From contig OZ024743.1 in the NCBI GenBank assembly GCA_964016885.1, positions 360,406,001-360,470,000 on the forward strand: a stretch of DNA of 64,000 bases. The letters are read 5' to 3'. The notes beneath the pieces were generated by a model. That model was not told the origin of the DNA and made no database searches. It was given only the letters and a program-made list of their open reading frames with translations. Of the stretch, positions 25,455-36,755 are shown piece after piece. The stretch's first letter is position 1; every line of letters starts with the position of its first letter. The translations under genes and the position numbers were made by a program. Source of the DNA: Eledone cirrhosa. Its lineage: Eukaryota.

Positions 25455-28400
25455 TTATTATTATTATTATTATTGTTATTGTTATTCCTTGAATCTCAGT
25501 CATTGATGTTGGTTAACTGGAAAGTCCGTTGGATTGAATATCAAGCCACTACCTGCAGCCTCAGATATTCAGGACGTATCGGAGGGTTCTTGCTGTTCCA
25601 AGCAAACATGCCTTTTGAAGCGTTCCAAAAAGCGTGAAGGGGCCGATTTTCTTTAACCATCCCTGGAAACCTTTGGAGATAGTCCCCAGTGCGCCTATGA
25701 CAATCGGGATCACTTTGACTTCATGGCAGTTCCAAATCCTTTTCACCTCCCACTTTAGGTCCTGGTATCGGTTAATTTTCTCCCTCTCCTTCTCTTGCAC
25801 TCTCGTGTCGAACGGGCAGGCCACATCCACAATCAGGCACGATCTTTTTTCTTTGTCCACAACCACCAGGTCAGGTCTATTGTGTTCCAGTTTTTTGTCC
25901 GTCTGTATCCTAAAATCCCACAGTACCTTCACCTGACTGTTCTCCATCACCGCCTCTGGCCTATGCTCATACCATTTCTCAGAATGTGGTAGATTGTTTA
26001 CTTTGCACAGGTGCCAGTGGATCACCCTGCCCATCACATCGTGTCTCCAGCCCTTATAGTGGGTCTGGGCTAGGTGTTTACACTCGGACACAATGTGATC
26101 CACAGTCTCCTCTCTCTCTCCACAGATCCTGCACAGTGGGCTAGCCTCCTCCTTGTAGATATGGTACTTCAACCACTTCGTTTTGAGGGCCTGCTCCTGC
26201 GCAGCCATTAGCATTCCTTCTGTAGCCTTTTTGAGGTCTCCTCTTCTCAACCAGTTCCATGTCTGTGGATCTCTAAATTCAGTTTTCTCAAAGAAGGTAC
26301 TATGAAGGGATTTTCCCTTAAGGCTGCTCTTCCTCCTTGATGTTATTTCCTCCTTGATGTTATTTCCTCCTTGGACATCCCCTGGCCTACTGTCCCCTCC
26401 TTCAGTACAGCTCTGAGCATTGGCTCCTTACTATAGGTCACGTATTTGTATAGGTTGTTTTTCTCCATCTGAACACAGTCCTCTATGCTGATAAGACCTC
26501 TTCCACCCTCAGATCTCCTTAGGTAGAGTCTATCGACATCACTCCTCTTGTGGAACATGTTGTAGATAGTCAATAGCTTCCTAGTCTTCCTATCCATTTC
26601 TTTTTGTTCAGCAACATTCCATCTCAGAATTCCCGCACTGTACCTAATAATAGACACAGCTCGGGAATTTACTGCGCTTATGGCATTTCTGCTGTTCAGA
26701 TGTGACTTCAATACGCTCCTTACTCTCCGAATGTATTCAGTTCTTAACAATTCCTTCATTTTTTTGTTCTTTATGCCATCAGCCTCCAGAACGCCCAAAT
26801 ACTTGTATCCTTCCTCAGAGTCAATTTCCTTTATCATCTCACCTGTTGGTATCTGGATCCCGTTACTTCTGCTCAACCTACCCCTCCTCATCACAATGAC
26901 TCCACATTTACAAATACCAAACTGCATACATATATCACTGCTGAAAATACGGACAGTGTCAACAAGCACATCCAACTCCTTCTCACTTTTCCCGAAGAGC
27001 TTAAGATCGTCCATGAAGAGGAGGTGATTGATGGTAAGCTCTCCCCTTCCCAACTTGTATCCTGCTCTCACTTTTCGCAGCATAATGGTCATGGGCATCA
27101 GGGCAAGGACAAACAACAGAGGGGACAGGCTATCTTCCTGGAAGATACCTCTCTTGATCTTCACGCTTCCCAAGGATACTCCAGTTGATGTCAACTCTGT
27201 CTCCCAGGACCCCATACTCCTGCCTAGCAACTGTCTGATGTTATCTGCCACCCTGAAGATCTCCAGGCTTTTGGTGATCCAAGAATGAGGCACCATGTCA
27301 AATGCCTTTCTGTAGTCTATCCATCCCATGGCAAGATCAGTGTGTCTCCTCCTGCAATTCCCCATTACCATCTTATCAATAAGTAACTGGTCCTTTGTAC
27401 CACGTGACTTCTTTCGGCATCCTTTCTGTTCATCCGGTAACAAGTTGTTTGTGTGGAGGTAATGGTAGATTTCCTCAGACACAATGCTCGTCAACAGTTT
27501 CCACATTACGGACAGACATATGATAGGTCTATAGTTGGTAACATCATTACCCTTGATTCGGTCTTTCATTATCAGAACTGTGGTACCTTTTGTCAACCAC
27601 TCTGGCACCTCACCCGACACCAAGCAGTCATTGAACGTGGCCGTCAGCTTCGGGTGGAGGGATATTAAATGTTTAATTCAATACCCCTTCACACCATCTG
27701 GGCCTGGTGATTTCCAGTTGGTTAGTTTTTTGGCTTGCCCCTTAAGAGTTTCAACTGTGATACTCAAATCAGTCTGTTGCTGTGCCTGCTCACCGATCTC
27801 CCTCTGTACTGTCTCAATCCACCCTGCCTGGGCATTGTGTCTAACATCCTGCTCCCATATTCCTCTCCAGAATGTTTTAGCTTGTTCCGCCCCAGGGATC
27901 AAGTCGTTGCCTCTTTCTTTCCCCTCAAGCTGTCCAAACAGCATCTTCTGGTTGTTGTCGAACATGCGGTTCTGTTTATACTGACTGACTCTGTTCTCGT
28001 ATCGCCTGATTTTGGCACTCTTTGCTACAATGCGTTGCTTCAATTCCTCTATGATAATATTTAGCTTTTTACTCCTAGTTTTGTATTTTATTTCCAGTCT
28101 ATTTTTAGTGCCTATGTTTTTTAGTGTCCCATTCAGTAGTGACTCAAGCTTTCCTATGTCATTTCTCATTTCCCCGATTTGCCCACTCAGTCGCTTCTTC
28201 CACCACGGCTCTGCTCTTTCTTGTCTGTTGTTTCCTCTCGCTTTTATACCAAGTAGTTTCCTCACCGTATTTGCTGTTGCTTTGAGGATATTGTTGCACT
28301 GGTGAAGACTCCTCGCCTCAAGGTATGGGATGACTTTGTTTACCTTAGCTGTTGTTTCTTTTAACTTTTTCCTGTCTACAAATCTTAGGTTCATAGGTCT

Positions 28401-30040
28401 CCCACTATCATTGTTCAACTCATCTACCACTAAATTTAGGATGTCAACCGAATCTTGTCCTAGCCCGTCAGCATTCATCTCCTCAGTGGCCGTATCTCTG
28501 TTCCAGGTATTATTTATCTCAGTATTCAGATCATTGTCTGCTTCGGGTGGTTCCTCCGTTCTCAGGACCTCCTCACCTTCATTTCCCGCCGGCTCGCTTG
28601 TCTGGCATACTACACCCGCCATCTCCAAGCCATTCTCTCTGCTCAGTTCCTCCAGTTCCAGCTCGCTTATCCACCCATTAGTTCTTATTACCCGAGCCTG
28701 CCCGGCCAATTTTTGTTCATCTAATTTAAATAAACCAATCTCGTTCCAGATGTTATGCATCCGTCTCCTGTAGCCCCTCTCCTTGGGGTTACTTTTCAGG
28801 TAGCATTGCATAACAGTTCTATTCAATTCTTTCGTCCAGTTGGTTCTGGCCCCTTTCCTTCTTCTTCTTCCTCCAACATCAGCAGTATTTGGTTGACAGT
28901 CAGGTTCCTGCTGCTGAGCCAGGGGGCACCTGTTGGGTGAGAGTCTGTCACATGACGTTCTAGTCTCCATTTCACCGTTATTCGAACTGTTTATGTTCGA
29001 TATTTAAACACTCTTATCGAGGATTGGCGAATGTATGGTTACATAGCCATCTGTGGATCCGCCATCCCACTTGGCCCTTGTGTGGCATTATCACCACGCT
29101 GTATACGAACACACATAAACAAACAAACACACGGGCAGAAAGGGCCCCAAAAATGAATAAGCATAAGTTTCATTGTAATGTAGTATTCGAATGTCTGACT
29201 TAGTTTTTGTTTTTTAAGTTTTACTTTTTCCCCCCTCTTCTCTGTCCGTCCGCCTTCTTCTCTCTTCATTCTTATTTTTTTAACGTTTTTGGGGTTTCTT
29301 TTTTTGTTTTTGTTTTTCTCTGTTTGTTTTTCGCGTTTTTTGCTGTTGTTGCTGTGCTGCTTTGGTTTTGTTGTTTGTTTTTTCTTTTTTCTTTTGAGTC
29401 TATCTATATATTTTGATGCCTTCCTCTTTGTTAGTAGTAGGAATTCTATAATGTGGAAGTGGCAGCCAGCAGAGACTGGCGGCGTTGGCGATACTGAGAC
29501 AGTGGTGGTGGTGATGTCGATACCGAGGCAGTGGTGGCGGTGATGCGACCGTATTACTGTAGTGATGGTGCTGTAGCGGTGGCAGCAGCAGTGAAGGAGT
29601 CAAGGGGTGGTGGCGGCGGTGATGGGATAGTGGTGGTAATGATGGCCGTAGTGAGCGGTGGTGGTGAAGGTGAAAATGCTGTTGTGTTTAGTGTACACAG
29701 ATGATGGGGTGGGTGGTGTATCTAGTTTCTGGTGTTGGTGAGTTTAGCTGTCCTATATAGTGTAGCCAGAGGAGAGGAGGGGGGGGGGGGGTTTCTTCTT
29801 CTTCCATTTATAGCCATTTTTTTTTTTTGGATATACAGTGTACAATACAAAGTTGAATATTTGAATATTTGAGCCTTATAACAATATATTTTGGGTCCGA
29901 ATTTTTTGGGGCTCAAGCCGGGTGCTTTACGTAGCATTTGTACTAAGAGTTGTTATTTCACAAATGATTTAAATATGTTAAAAATTCAAAACTTACGGGA
30001 GCGATTTCATGACCTCCGTCACCTCGTGCGTCTTCTTCCC
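25455..30040 (-). mobile_element. R4/Dong-like RLE non-LTR retrotransposon, copy 1 (ORF 25561-28970 disrupted)
   Basis: Colinear with copy 2. TGG>TGA stop at 27678 and a 17-nt duplication frameshift near 26340-26373. (TAA)n tail at 25455-25485. Confidence 0.93.
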
Positions 30041-33000
30041 TATTATTATTATTATTATTATTATTATTGTTATTCCTTGAATCTCAGTCATTGATGTTGG
30101 TTAACTGGAAAGTCCGTTGGATTGAATATCAAGCCACTACCTGCAGCCTCAGATATTCAGGACGTATCGGAGGGTTCTTGCCGTTCCAAGCAAGCATGCC
30201 TTTTGAAGCGTTCCAAAAAGCGTGAAGGGGCCGATTTTCTTTAACCATCCCTGGAAACTTTTGGAGATAGTCCCCAGTGCGCCTATGACAATCGGGATCA
30301 CTTTGACTTCATGGCAGTTCCAAATCATTTTCACCTCCCACTTTAGGTCCTGGTATCGGTTAATTTTCCCCCTCTCCTTCTCTTGCACTCTCGTGTCGAA
30401 CGGGCAGGCCACATCCACAATCAGACACGATCTTTTTTCTTTGTCCACAACCACCAGGTCAGGTCTATTGTGTTCCAGTTTTTTGTCCGTCTGTATCTTA
30501 AAATCCCACAGCACCTTCACCTGATTGTTCTCCATCACCGCCTCTGGCCTATGCTCATACCATTTCTCAGAATGTGGTAAATTGTTTACTTTGCACAGGT
30601 GCCAGTGGATCACCCTGCCCATCACATCGTGTCTCCAGCCCTTATAGTGGGTCTGGGCTAGGTGTTTACACTCGGACACAATGTGAGCCACAGTCTCCTC
30701 TCTCTCTCCACAGATCCTGCACAGTGGGCTAGCCTCCTCCTTGTAAATATGGTGCTTCAACCACTTCGTTTTGAGGGCCTGCTCCTGCGCAGCCATTAGC
30801 ATTCCTTCTGTAGCCTTTTTGAGGTCTCCTCTACTCAACCAGTTCCATGTCTGTGGATCTCTAAATTCAGTTTTCTCAAAGAAGGTACTATGAAGGGATT
30901 TTCCCTTAAGGCTGCTCTTCCTCCTTGATGTTATTTCCTCCTTGGACATCCCCTGGCCTACTGTCCCCTCCTTCAGTACAGTTCTGAGCATTGGTTCCTT
31001 ACTATAGGTCACGTATTTGTATAGGTTGTTTTTCTCCATCTGAACACAGTCCTCTATGCTGATAAGACCTCTTCCACCCTCAGATCTCCTTAGGTAGAGT
31101 CTATCGACATCACTCCTCTTGTGGAACATGTTGTAGATAGTCAATAGCTTCCTAGTCTTCCTATCCATTTCTTTTTGTTCAGCAACATTCCATCTCAGAA
31201 TTCCCGCACTGTACCTAATAATAGACACAGCTCGGGAATTTACTGCGCTTATGGCATTTCTGCTGTTCAGATGTGACTTCAATACGCTCCTTACTCTCCG
31301 AATGTATTCAGTTCTTAACAATTCCTTCATTTTTTTGTTCTTTATGCCATCAGCCTCCAGAACGCCCAAATACTTGTATCCTTCCTCAGAGTCAATTTCC
31401 TTTATCATCTCACCTGTTGGTATCTGGATCCCGTTACTTCTGCTCAACCTACCCCTCCTCATCACAATGACTCCACATTTACAAATACCGAACTGCATAC
31501 ATATATCACTGCTGAAAATACGGACAGTGTCAACAAGCACATCCAACTCCTTCTCACTTTTCCCGAAGAGCTTAAGATCGTCCATGAAGAGGAGGTGATT
31601 GATGGTAAGCTCTCCCCTTCCCAACTTGTATCCTGCTCTCACTTTTCGCAGCATAATGGTCAAGGGCATCAGGGCAAGGACAAACAACAGAGGAGACAGG
31701 CTATCTTCCTGGAAGATACCTCTCTTGATCTTCACGCTTCCCAAGGATACTCCAGTTGATGTCAACTCTGTCTCCCAGGACCCCATACTCCTGCCTAGCA
31801 ACTGTCTGATGTTATCTGCCACCCTGAAGATCTCCAGGCTTTTGGTGATCCAAGAATGAGGCACCATGTCAAATGCCTTTCTGTAGTCTATCCATCCCAT
31901 GGCAAGATCAGTGTGTCTCCTCCTGCAATTCCCCATTACCATCTTATCAATAAGTAACTGGTCCTTTGTACCACGTGACTTCTTTCGGCATCCTTTCTGT
32001 TCATCCGGTAACAAGTTGTTTGTGTGGAGGTAATGGTAGATTTCCTCAGACACAATGCTCGTCAACAGTTTCCACATTACGGACAGACATATGATAGGTC
32101 TATAGTTGGTAACATCATTACCCTTGATTCGGTCTTTCATTATCAGAACTGTGGTACCTTTTGTCAACCACTCTGGCACCTCACCCGACACCAAGCAGTC
32201 ATTGAACGTGGCCGTCAGCTTCGGGTGGAGGGATATTAAATGTTTAATCCAATACCCCTGCACACCATCTGGGCCTGGTGATTTCCAGTTGGTTAGTTTT
32301 TTGGCCTGCCCCTTAAGAGTTTCAACTGTGATACTCAAATCACTTTGTTGTTGTGCCTGCTCACCGATCTCCCTCTGTACTGTCTCAATCCACCCTGCCT
32401 GGACATTATGTCTAACATCCTGCTCCCATATTCCTCTCCAGAATGTTTTAGTTTGCTCCGCCTCAGGGATCAAGTCGTTGCCTCTTTCTTTCCCCTCAAG
32501 CTGTCCAAACAGCATCTTCTGGTTGTTGTCGAACATGCGGTTCTGTTTATACTGACTGACTCTGTTCTCGTATCGCCTGATTTTTGCACTCTTTGCTACA
32601 ATGCGTTGCTTCAGTTCCTCTATGATAATATTTAGCTTTTTCCTCCTAGTGTGGTATTTTATTTCCAGTCTATTTTTAGTGCCTATGTTTTTTAGTGTCC
32701 CATTCAGTAGTGACTCAAGCTTTCCTATGTCATTTCTCATTTCCCCGATTTGCCCACTCAGTCGCTTCTTCCACCACGGCTCTGCTCTTTCTTGTCTGTT
32801 GTTTCCTCTCGCTTTTATACCAAGTAGTTTCCTCACCGTATTTGCTGTTGCTTTGAGGATATTGTTGCACTGGTGAAGGCTCCTCGCCTCAAGGTATGGG
32901 ATGACTTTGTTTACCTTAGCTGTTGTTTCTTTTAACTTTTTCCTGTCTACAAATCTTAGGTTCATAGGTCTCCCACTATCATTGTTCAATTCATCTACCA

Positions 33001-34503
33001 CTAAATTTAGGATGTCAACCGAATCTTGTCCTAGCCCGTCAGCATTCATCTCCTCAGTGGCCGTATCTCTGTTCCAGGTATTATTTATCTCAGTATTCAG
33101 ATCATTGTCTGCTTCGGGTGGTTCCTCCGTTCTCAGGACCTCTTCACCTTCATTTCTCACTGGCTCGCTTGTCTGGCATACTACACCCGCCATCTCCAAG
33201 CCATTCTCTCTGCTCAGTTCCTCCAGTTCCAGCTCGCTTATCCACCTATTAGTTCTTATTACCCGAGCCTGCCCGGCCAATTTTTGTTCATCTAATTTAA
33301 ATAAACCAATCTCGTTCCAAATGTTATGCATCCGTCTCCTGTAGCCCCTCTCCTTGGGGTTACTTTTCAGGTAACATTGCATAACAGTTCTATTCAATTC
33401 TTTCGTCCAGTTGGTTCTGGCCCCTTTCCTTCTTCTTCTTCCTCCAACATCAGCAGTATTTGGTTGACAGTCAGGTTCCTGCTGCTGAGCCAGGGGGCAC
33501 CTGTTGGGTGAGAGTCTGTCACATGACATTCTAGTCTCCATTTCACCGTTATTCGAACTGTTTATGTTCGATATTTAAACACTCTTATCGAGGATTGGCG
33601 AATGTATGGTTACATAGCCATCTGTGGATCCGCCATTCCACTTGGCCCTTGTGTGGCATTATCACCACGCTGTATACGAACACACATAAACAAACAAACA
33701 CACAGGCAGAAAGGACCCCAAAAATGAATAAGCATAAGTTTCATTGTAATGTAGTGTTCGAATGTCTGACTTAGTTTTTGTTTTTTAAGTTTTAGTTTTC
33801 CCCCCTCTTCTCTGTCCGTCCGCCTGCTTCTCTCTTCATTCTTATTTTCTTTACGTTTTTTGGGGTTTTTTTTTGTTTTTGTTTTTCTCTGTTTGTTTTT
33901 CTCGTTTTTTGCTGTTGTTGCTGTGCTGCTTTGGTTTTGTTGTTTGTTTTTTCTTTTTTGTTTTGAGTCTATCTATATATTTTGATGCCTTCCTCTTTTT
34001 TAGCAGTAGGGATTCTATACTGTGGTGGCAGCAGCCAGCTGGGAGAGTGGTGGAATGGCGGCGGTAGCGATACTGAGACAGTGGTGGTGGTGATGTCGAT
34101 ACCGAGGCAGTGGTGGCGGTGATGTGACCGTATTACTGTAGTGATGGTGCTGTAGCGGTGGTAGCAGTGAAGGAGTGAAGGGTGGTGGCGGCGGTGATGG
34201 GATAATGGTGGTAATGATGGCCGTAGTGAGCGGTGGTGGTGAAAATGCCGTTATCTGGCTGTTGTGTTTAGTGTACACATGTGATGGGGTGGGTGGTGTA
34301 TCTAGTTTCTGGTGTTGGTGAGTTTGGCTGTTCTATATAGTGTAGACAGAGGAGGGGGGGGTGTTCTTCTTCCATTTATAGCCATTTTCTTTTTTGGATA
34401 TACAGTGTACAATACAAAGTTGAATATTTGAATATTTGAGCCTTATAACAATATATTTTGGGTCCGAATTTTTTGGGGCTCAAGCCGGGTGCTTTACGTG
34501 TGC
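30041..34503 (-). mobile_element. R4/Dong-like RLE non-LTR retrotransposon, copy 2
   Basis: Single long ORF with RT, CCHC and RLE; (TAA)n tail at 30041-30073; 5' end abuts (ATT)n at 34504-34573. Confidence 0.95.
30149..33541 (-). CDS. Retrotransposon polyprotein: reverse transcriptase, CCHC zinc knuckle, restriction-like endonuclease (1130 aa)
   Basis: KSPGPDG, YRPIICL, EQKGC, WIDYRKAFDMVPH, IFQEDSLSP, HLLFMDDLK, YKYLG, CRIC-x8-H-x4-C, RHD, RPD-x12-D. Confidence 0.95.
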   Translation of the reverse strand: METRMSCDRLSPNRCPLAQQQEPDCQPNTADVGGRRRRKGARTNWTKELNRTVMQCYLKSNPKERGYRRRMHNIWNEIGLFKLDEQKLAGQARVIRTNRWISELELEELSRENGLEMAGVVCQTSEPVRNEGEEVLRTEEPPEADNDLNTEINNTWNRDTATEEMNADGLGQDSVDILNLVVDELNNDSGRPMNLRFVDRKKLKETTAKVNKVIPYLEARSLHQCNNILKATANTVRKLLGIKARGNNRQERAEPWWKKRLSGQIGEMRNDIGKLESLLNGTLKNIGTKNRLEIKYHTRRKKLNIIIEELKQRIVAKSAKIRRYENRVSQYKQNRMFDNNQKMLFGQLEGKERGNDLIPEAEQTKTFWRGIWEQDVRHNVQAGWIETVQREIGEQAQQQSDLSITVETLKGQAKKLTNWKSPGPDGVQGYWIKHLISLHPKLTATFNDCLVSGEVPEWLTKGTTVLIMKDRIKGNDVTNYRPIICLSVMWKLLTSIVSEEIYHYLHTNNLLPDEQKGCRKKSRGTKDQLLIDKMVMGNCRRRHTDLAMGWIDYRKAFDMVPHSWITKSLEIFRVADNIRQLLGRSMGSWETELTSTGVSLGSVKIKRGIFQEDSLSPLLFVLALMPLTIMLRKVRAGYKLGRGELTINHLLFMDDLKLFGKSEKELDVLVDTVRIFSSDICMQFGICKCGVIVMRRGRLSRSNGIQIPTGEMIKEIDSEEGYKYLGVLEADGIKNKKMKELLRTEYIRRVRSVLKSHLNSRNAISAVNSRAVSIIRYSAGILRWNVAEQKEMDRKTRKLLTIYNMFHKRSDVDRLYLRRSEGGRGLISIEDCVQMEKNNLYKYVTYSKEPMLRTVLKEGTVGQGMSKEEITSRRKSSLKGKSLHSTFFEKTEFRDPQTWNWLSRGDLKKATEGMLMAAQEQALKTKWLKHHIYKEEASPLCRICGEREETVAHIVSECKHLAQTHYKGWRHDVMGRVIHWHLCKVNNLPHSEKWYEHRPEAVMENNQVKVLWDFKIQTDKKLEHNRPDLVVVDKEKRSCLIVDVACPFDTRVQEKERGKINRYQDLKWEVKMIWNCHEVKVIPIVIGALGTISKSFQGWLKKIGPFTLFGTLQKACLLGTARTLRYVLNI

Positions 34504-34573
<70 letters not shown>
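34504..34573. repeat. (ATT)n microsatellite separating back-to-back LINE 5' ends
   Basis: Direct reading of the sequence. Confidence 0.95.
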
Positions 34574-34792
34574 GGCGACCTACGTAGTAAATCGTATCAT
34601 CGTGAGCTCCGCAAAGGTTTGTTATTTATTTTCAGTTGTTTAAAATTGTCATTTATGGAAAATGTTTAGTGTTAACTGTATATTGTGCACATACATTGAT
34701 TTCTGAAAAGAACACTCAAAAATATTGGGGCCTTGAGCCCAAAATTTAAACTTTTTATAATTATCAAACAAAACAAATTTCTTTGAAAAATC

Positions 34793-36755
34793 ATGGAAGA
34801 CTCAGACTCACCCCTTCCTCACAAACTAACACTCAACACCGACACCACTATTGTAAATATTACTACATTTGCCGACACTAAAAATATAAGCAGATGCAAT
34901 ATTTTAAATTTATCTCAGCCAGATATTCATTTCCCGCCATTACCAAATACTGCAGGTGTTAAAGCCCCCCCCCCCCCCCCCCACCACCACCACAGCGACA
35001 ACAGAAACAAAAGGAAACAATAAATTAACTCGTGATATCGAAACAAATTCAACCAAAATGAACTCTTCCACACCGAACACCGCTGACGCCACCACCACCA
35101 CAACTGAAACTAAAATTAACAATAACAAAAATAACGATAACAACAACAGCAACAATGAAATTAAGAAAACTACCCTGAGTTTTGCCAGAGTGGCAAAAAC
35201 GTACGTAGCGATCCAGGTAACTTAGGAGGAATTAGAAGAAGCCAAAAGAATGGTAAAGAAAGATGGTTACAGCGTCAGCCTCGCCCCTCCCACCTAATAA
35301 AATGGAGCATCGTCGCCTATGCTCCGTGTCTTATCGGATAATTAACATAAAATCGCGCCGAGTGGACGCGCATCCGAGTCCCAAATCCAAAAAGCTCTGG
35401 GACATGTGTGGGCAAAAAAAACACACATCAGACGTGGGCAGAAATATGGAACCGTGGACGTGTTCTTTGAAACACCACAGGAGGCCAGAGAACACTCCAT
35501 GGCCCCATTAAGAAGTGTCGACTTCACACTCGGCCCAAGCTATTGTGGCCAGAGACTTGTGAAGATTAGTGTGACCCACGTTCCACCGGCCATCGAAATT
35601 CCCTGGTTAATGGCTGCCGCCCTCGCCGGCATCGAGGCCAACACCAAGATAATCGAAATAGCGAAAGAAAAGCAGGAGAACTGGTCCGGATCTGGGATGG
35701 AGCTGCTGATACAAGCGGACCATAAAAGCATTGAGGAGATCCCAGAGGTAATAGACCTCACTGACGGCAGCCACCTCACCGTAATCGTCGAGGGCAGAAG
35801 GCATAGGTGTGTCGTTTGTGGTGAAGGAACCCACCTAAGGGCTTTCTGCCCTCAGGCTAAAAGGTTGAGGCCACCTCTCTTACCCACCCCAGTAACTCAA
35901 CCTTCAACACCACCAGCAGCAGAAATGGCAGCAACAACTGTAGCAGCAACAACAGAAGCAACGTAACAGCAACAACCCCAGCAACAGTAGCAAAACCAAC
36001 ACCACCATCACCCAACGCGCCAGAACTGGCACCAGCGCCTACACCATCCACCACGCCACAACCAAAACCAACGCCTGTGGATGATTATCCACTCCCCGAC
36101 TTATCGCAACTGGAGACAGATTGTAACAACGAAGAGTGGGAAACGGTATCAGGAAAAAAGAAAAACAGAAACCCCCCCCAAAAAAAAAATTCTCTTCCTT
36201 CCCCCTTCAAAAACAAAATACAGAGGAAAACAAATAAATTATCAAACAAAAAAATTAGGACAGATATGCCACCATCCACACCAGCATCACCAACCCCATC
36301 ACCACAAACACCAACACCATCACCATCATTAACCACACACCACCATCACCAACACCACAAAATTCACCAAAAAGCGTAACAGAAACAAACCCACAACAAA
36401 CGCAAACAAAACAACCAAAACGATACACACTACATGGCATTAAATTTGAACAACAACCAATTATTACACTGCATGCAACACAACACCAGCATCACAGAAA
36501 AAGACTACACAACAACCCAAAAGTTAACACCACCTCCACACATACAAATCACTCGCATCACACAGAAAACGTACACAACACTAAAACAAAAATTCCCCCA
36601 AAACATCGGAGACTTCCGACAAACACTCTCCAGGAGGATTTATAAGGACATCCTTCCGGAGGAGGCCACAAGCAGTGAAAAGGATGGAGAAACCATCCTT
36701 CCTCTACGAGAAGTAAGGAAAGTGGTCTTTCCCATCTTTTCCACTCCATTTCAAC
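34793..36755 (+). pseudogene. Tx1-like ORF1 (RRM-like region, CCHC knuckle, P/T-rich linkers), frameshifted
   Basis: LSFARVAK, YGTVDVFFETPQEA, VIVEGRRHRCVVCGEGTHLRAFC (C-x2-C-x4-H-x4-C), EEWETVSGKKK. Confidence 0.8.

Noticed and set aside
27678-27680. In-frame TGA as possible selenocysteine or readthrough
   Set aside because: Copy 2 has TGG (Trp) here and copy 1 also has a frameshift, so this is an ordinary nonsense mutation.
29030-29150. HDV-like ribozyme in the RLE LINE 5' UTR (GGCCCTT...AAGGGCC pairing)
   Set aside because: Hairpins are possible but I could not build the L3/P1.1 and J4/2 catalytic elements; needs an Infernal or RNArobo scan.
25634-33511. Plus-strand ORFs of 60-150 aa over the RLE LINEs
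   Set aside because: Antisense shadows of the long minus-strand ORF with no recognisable motifs.
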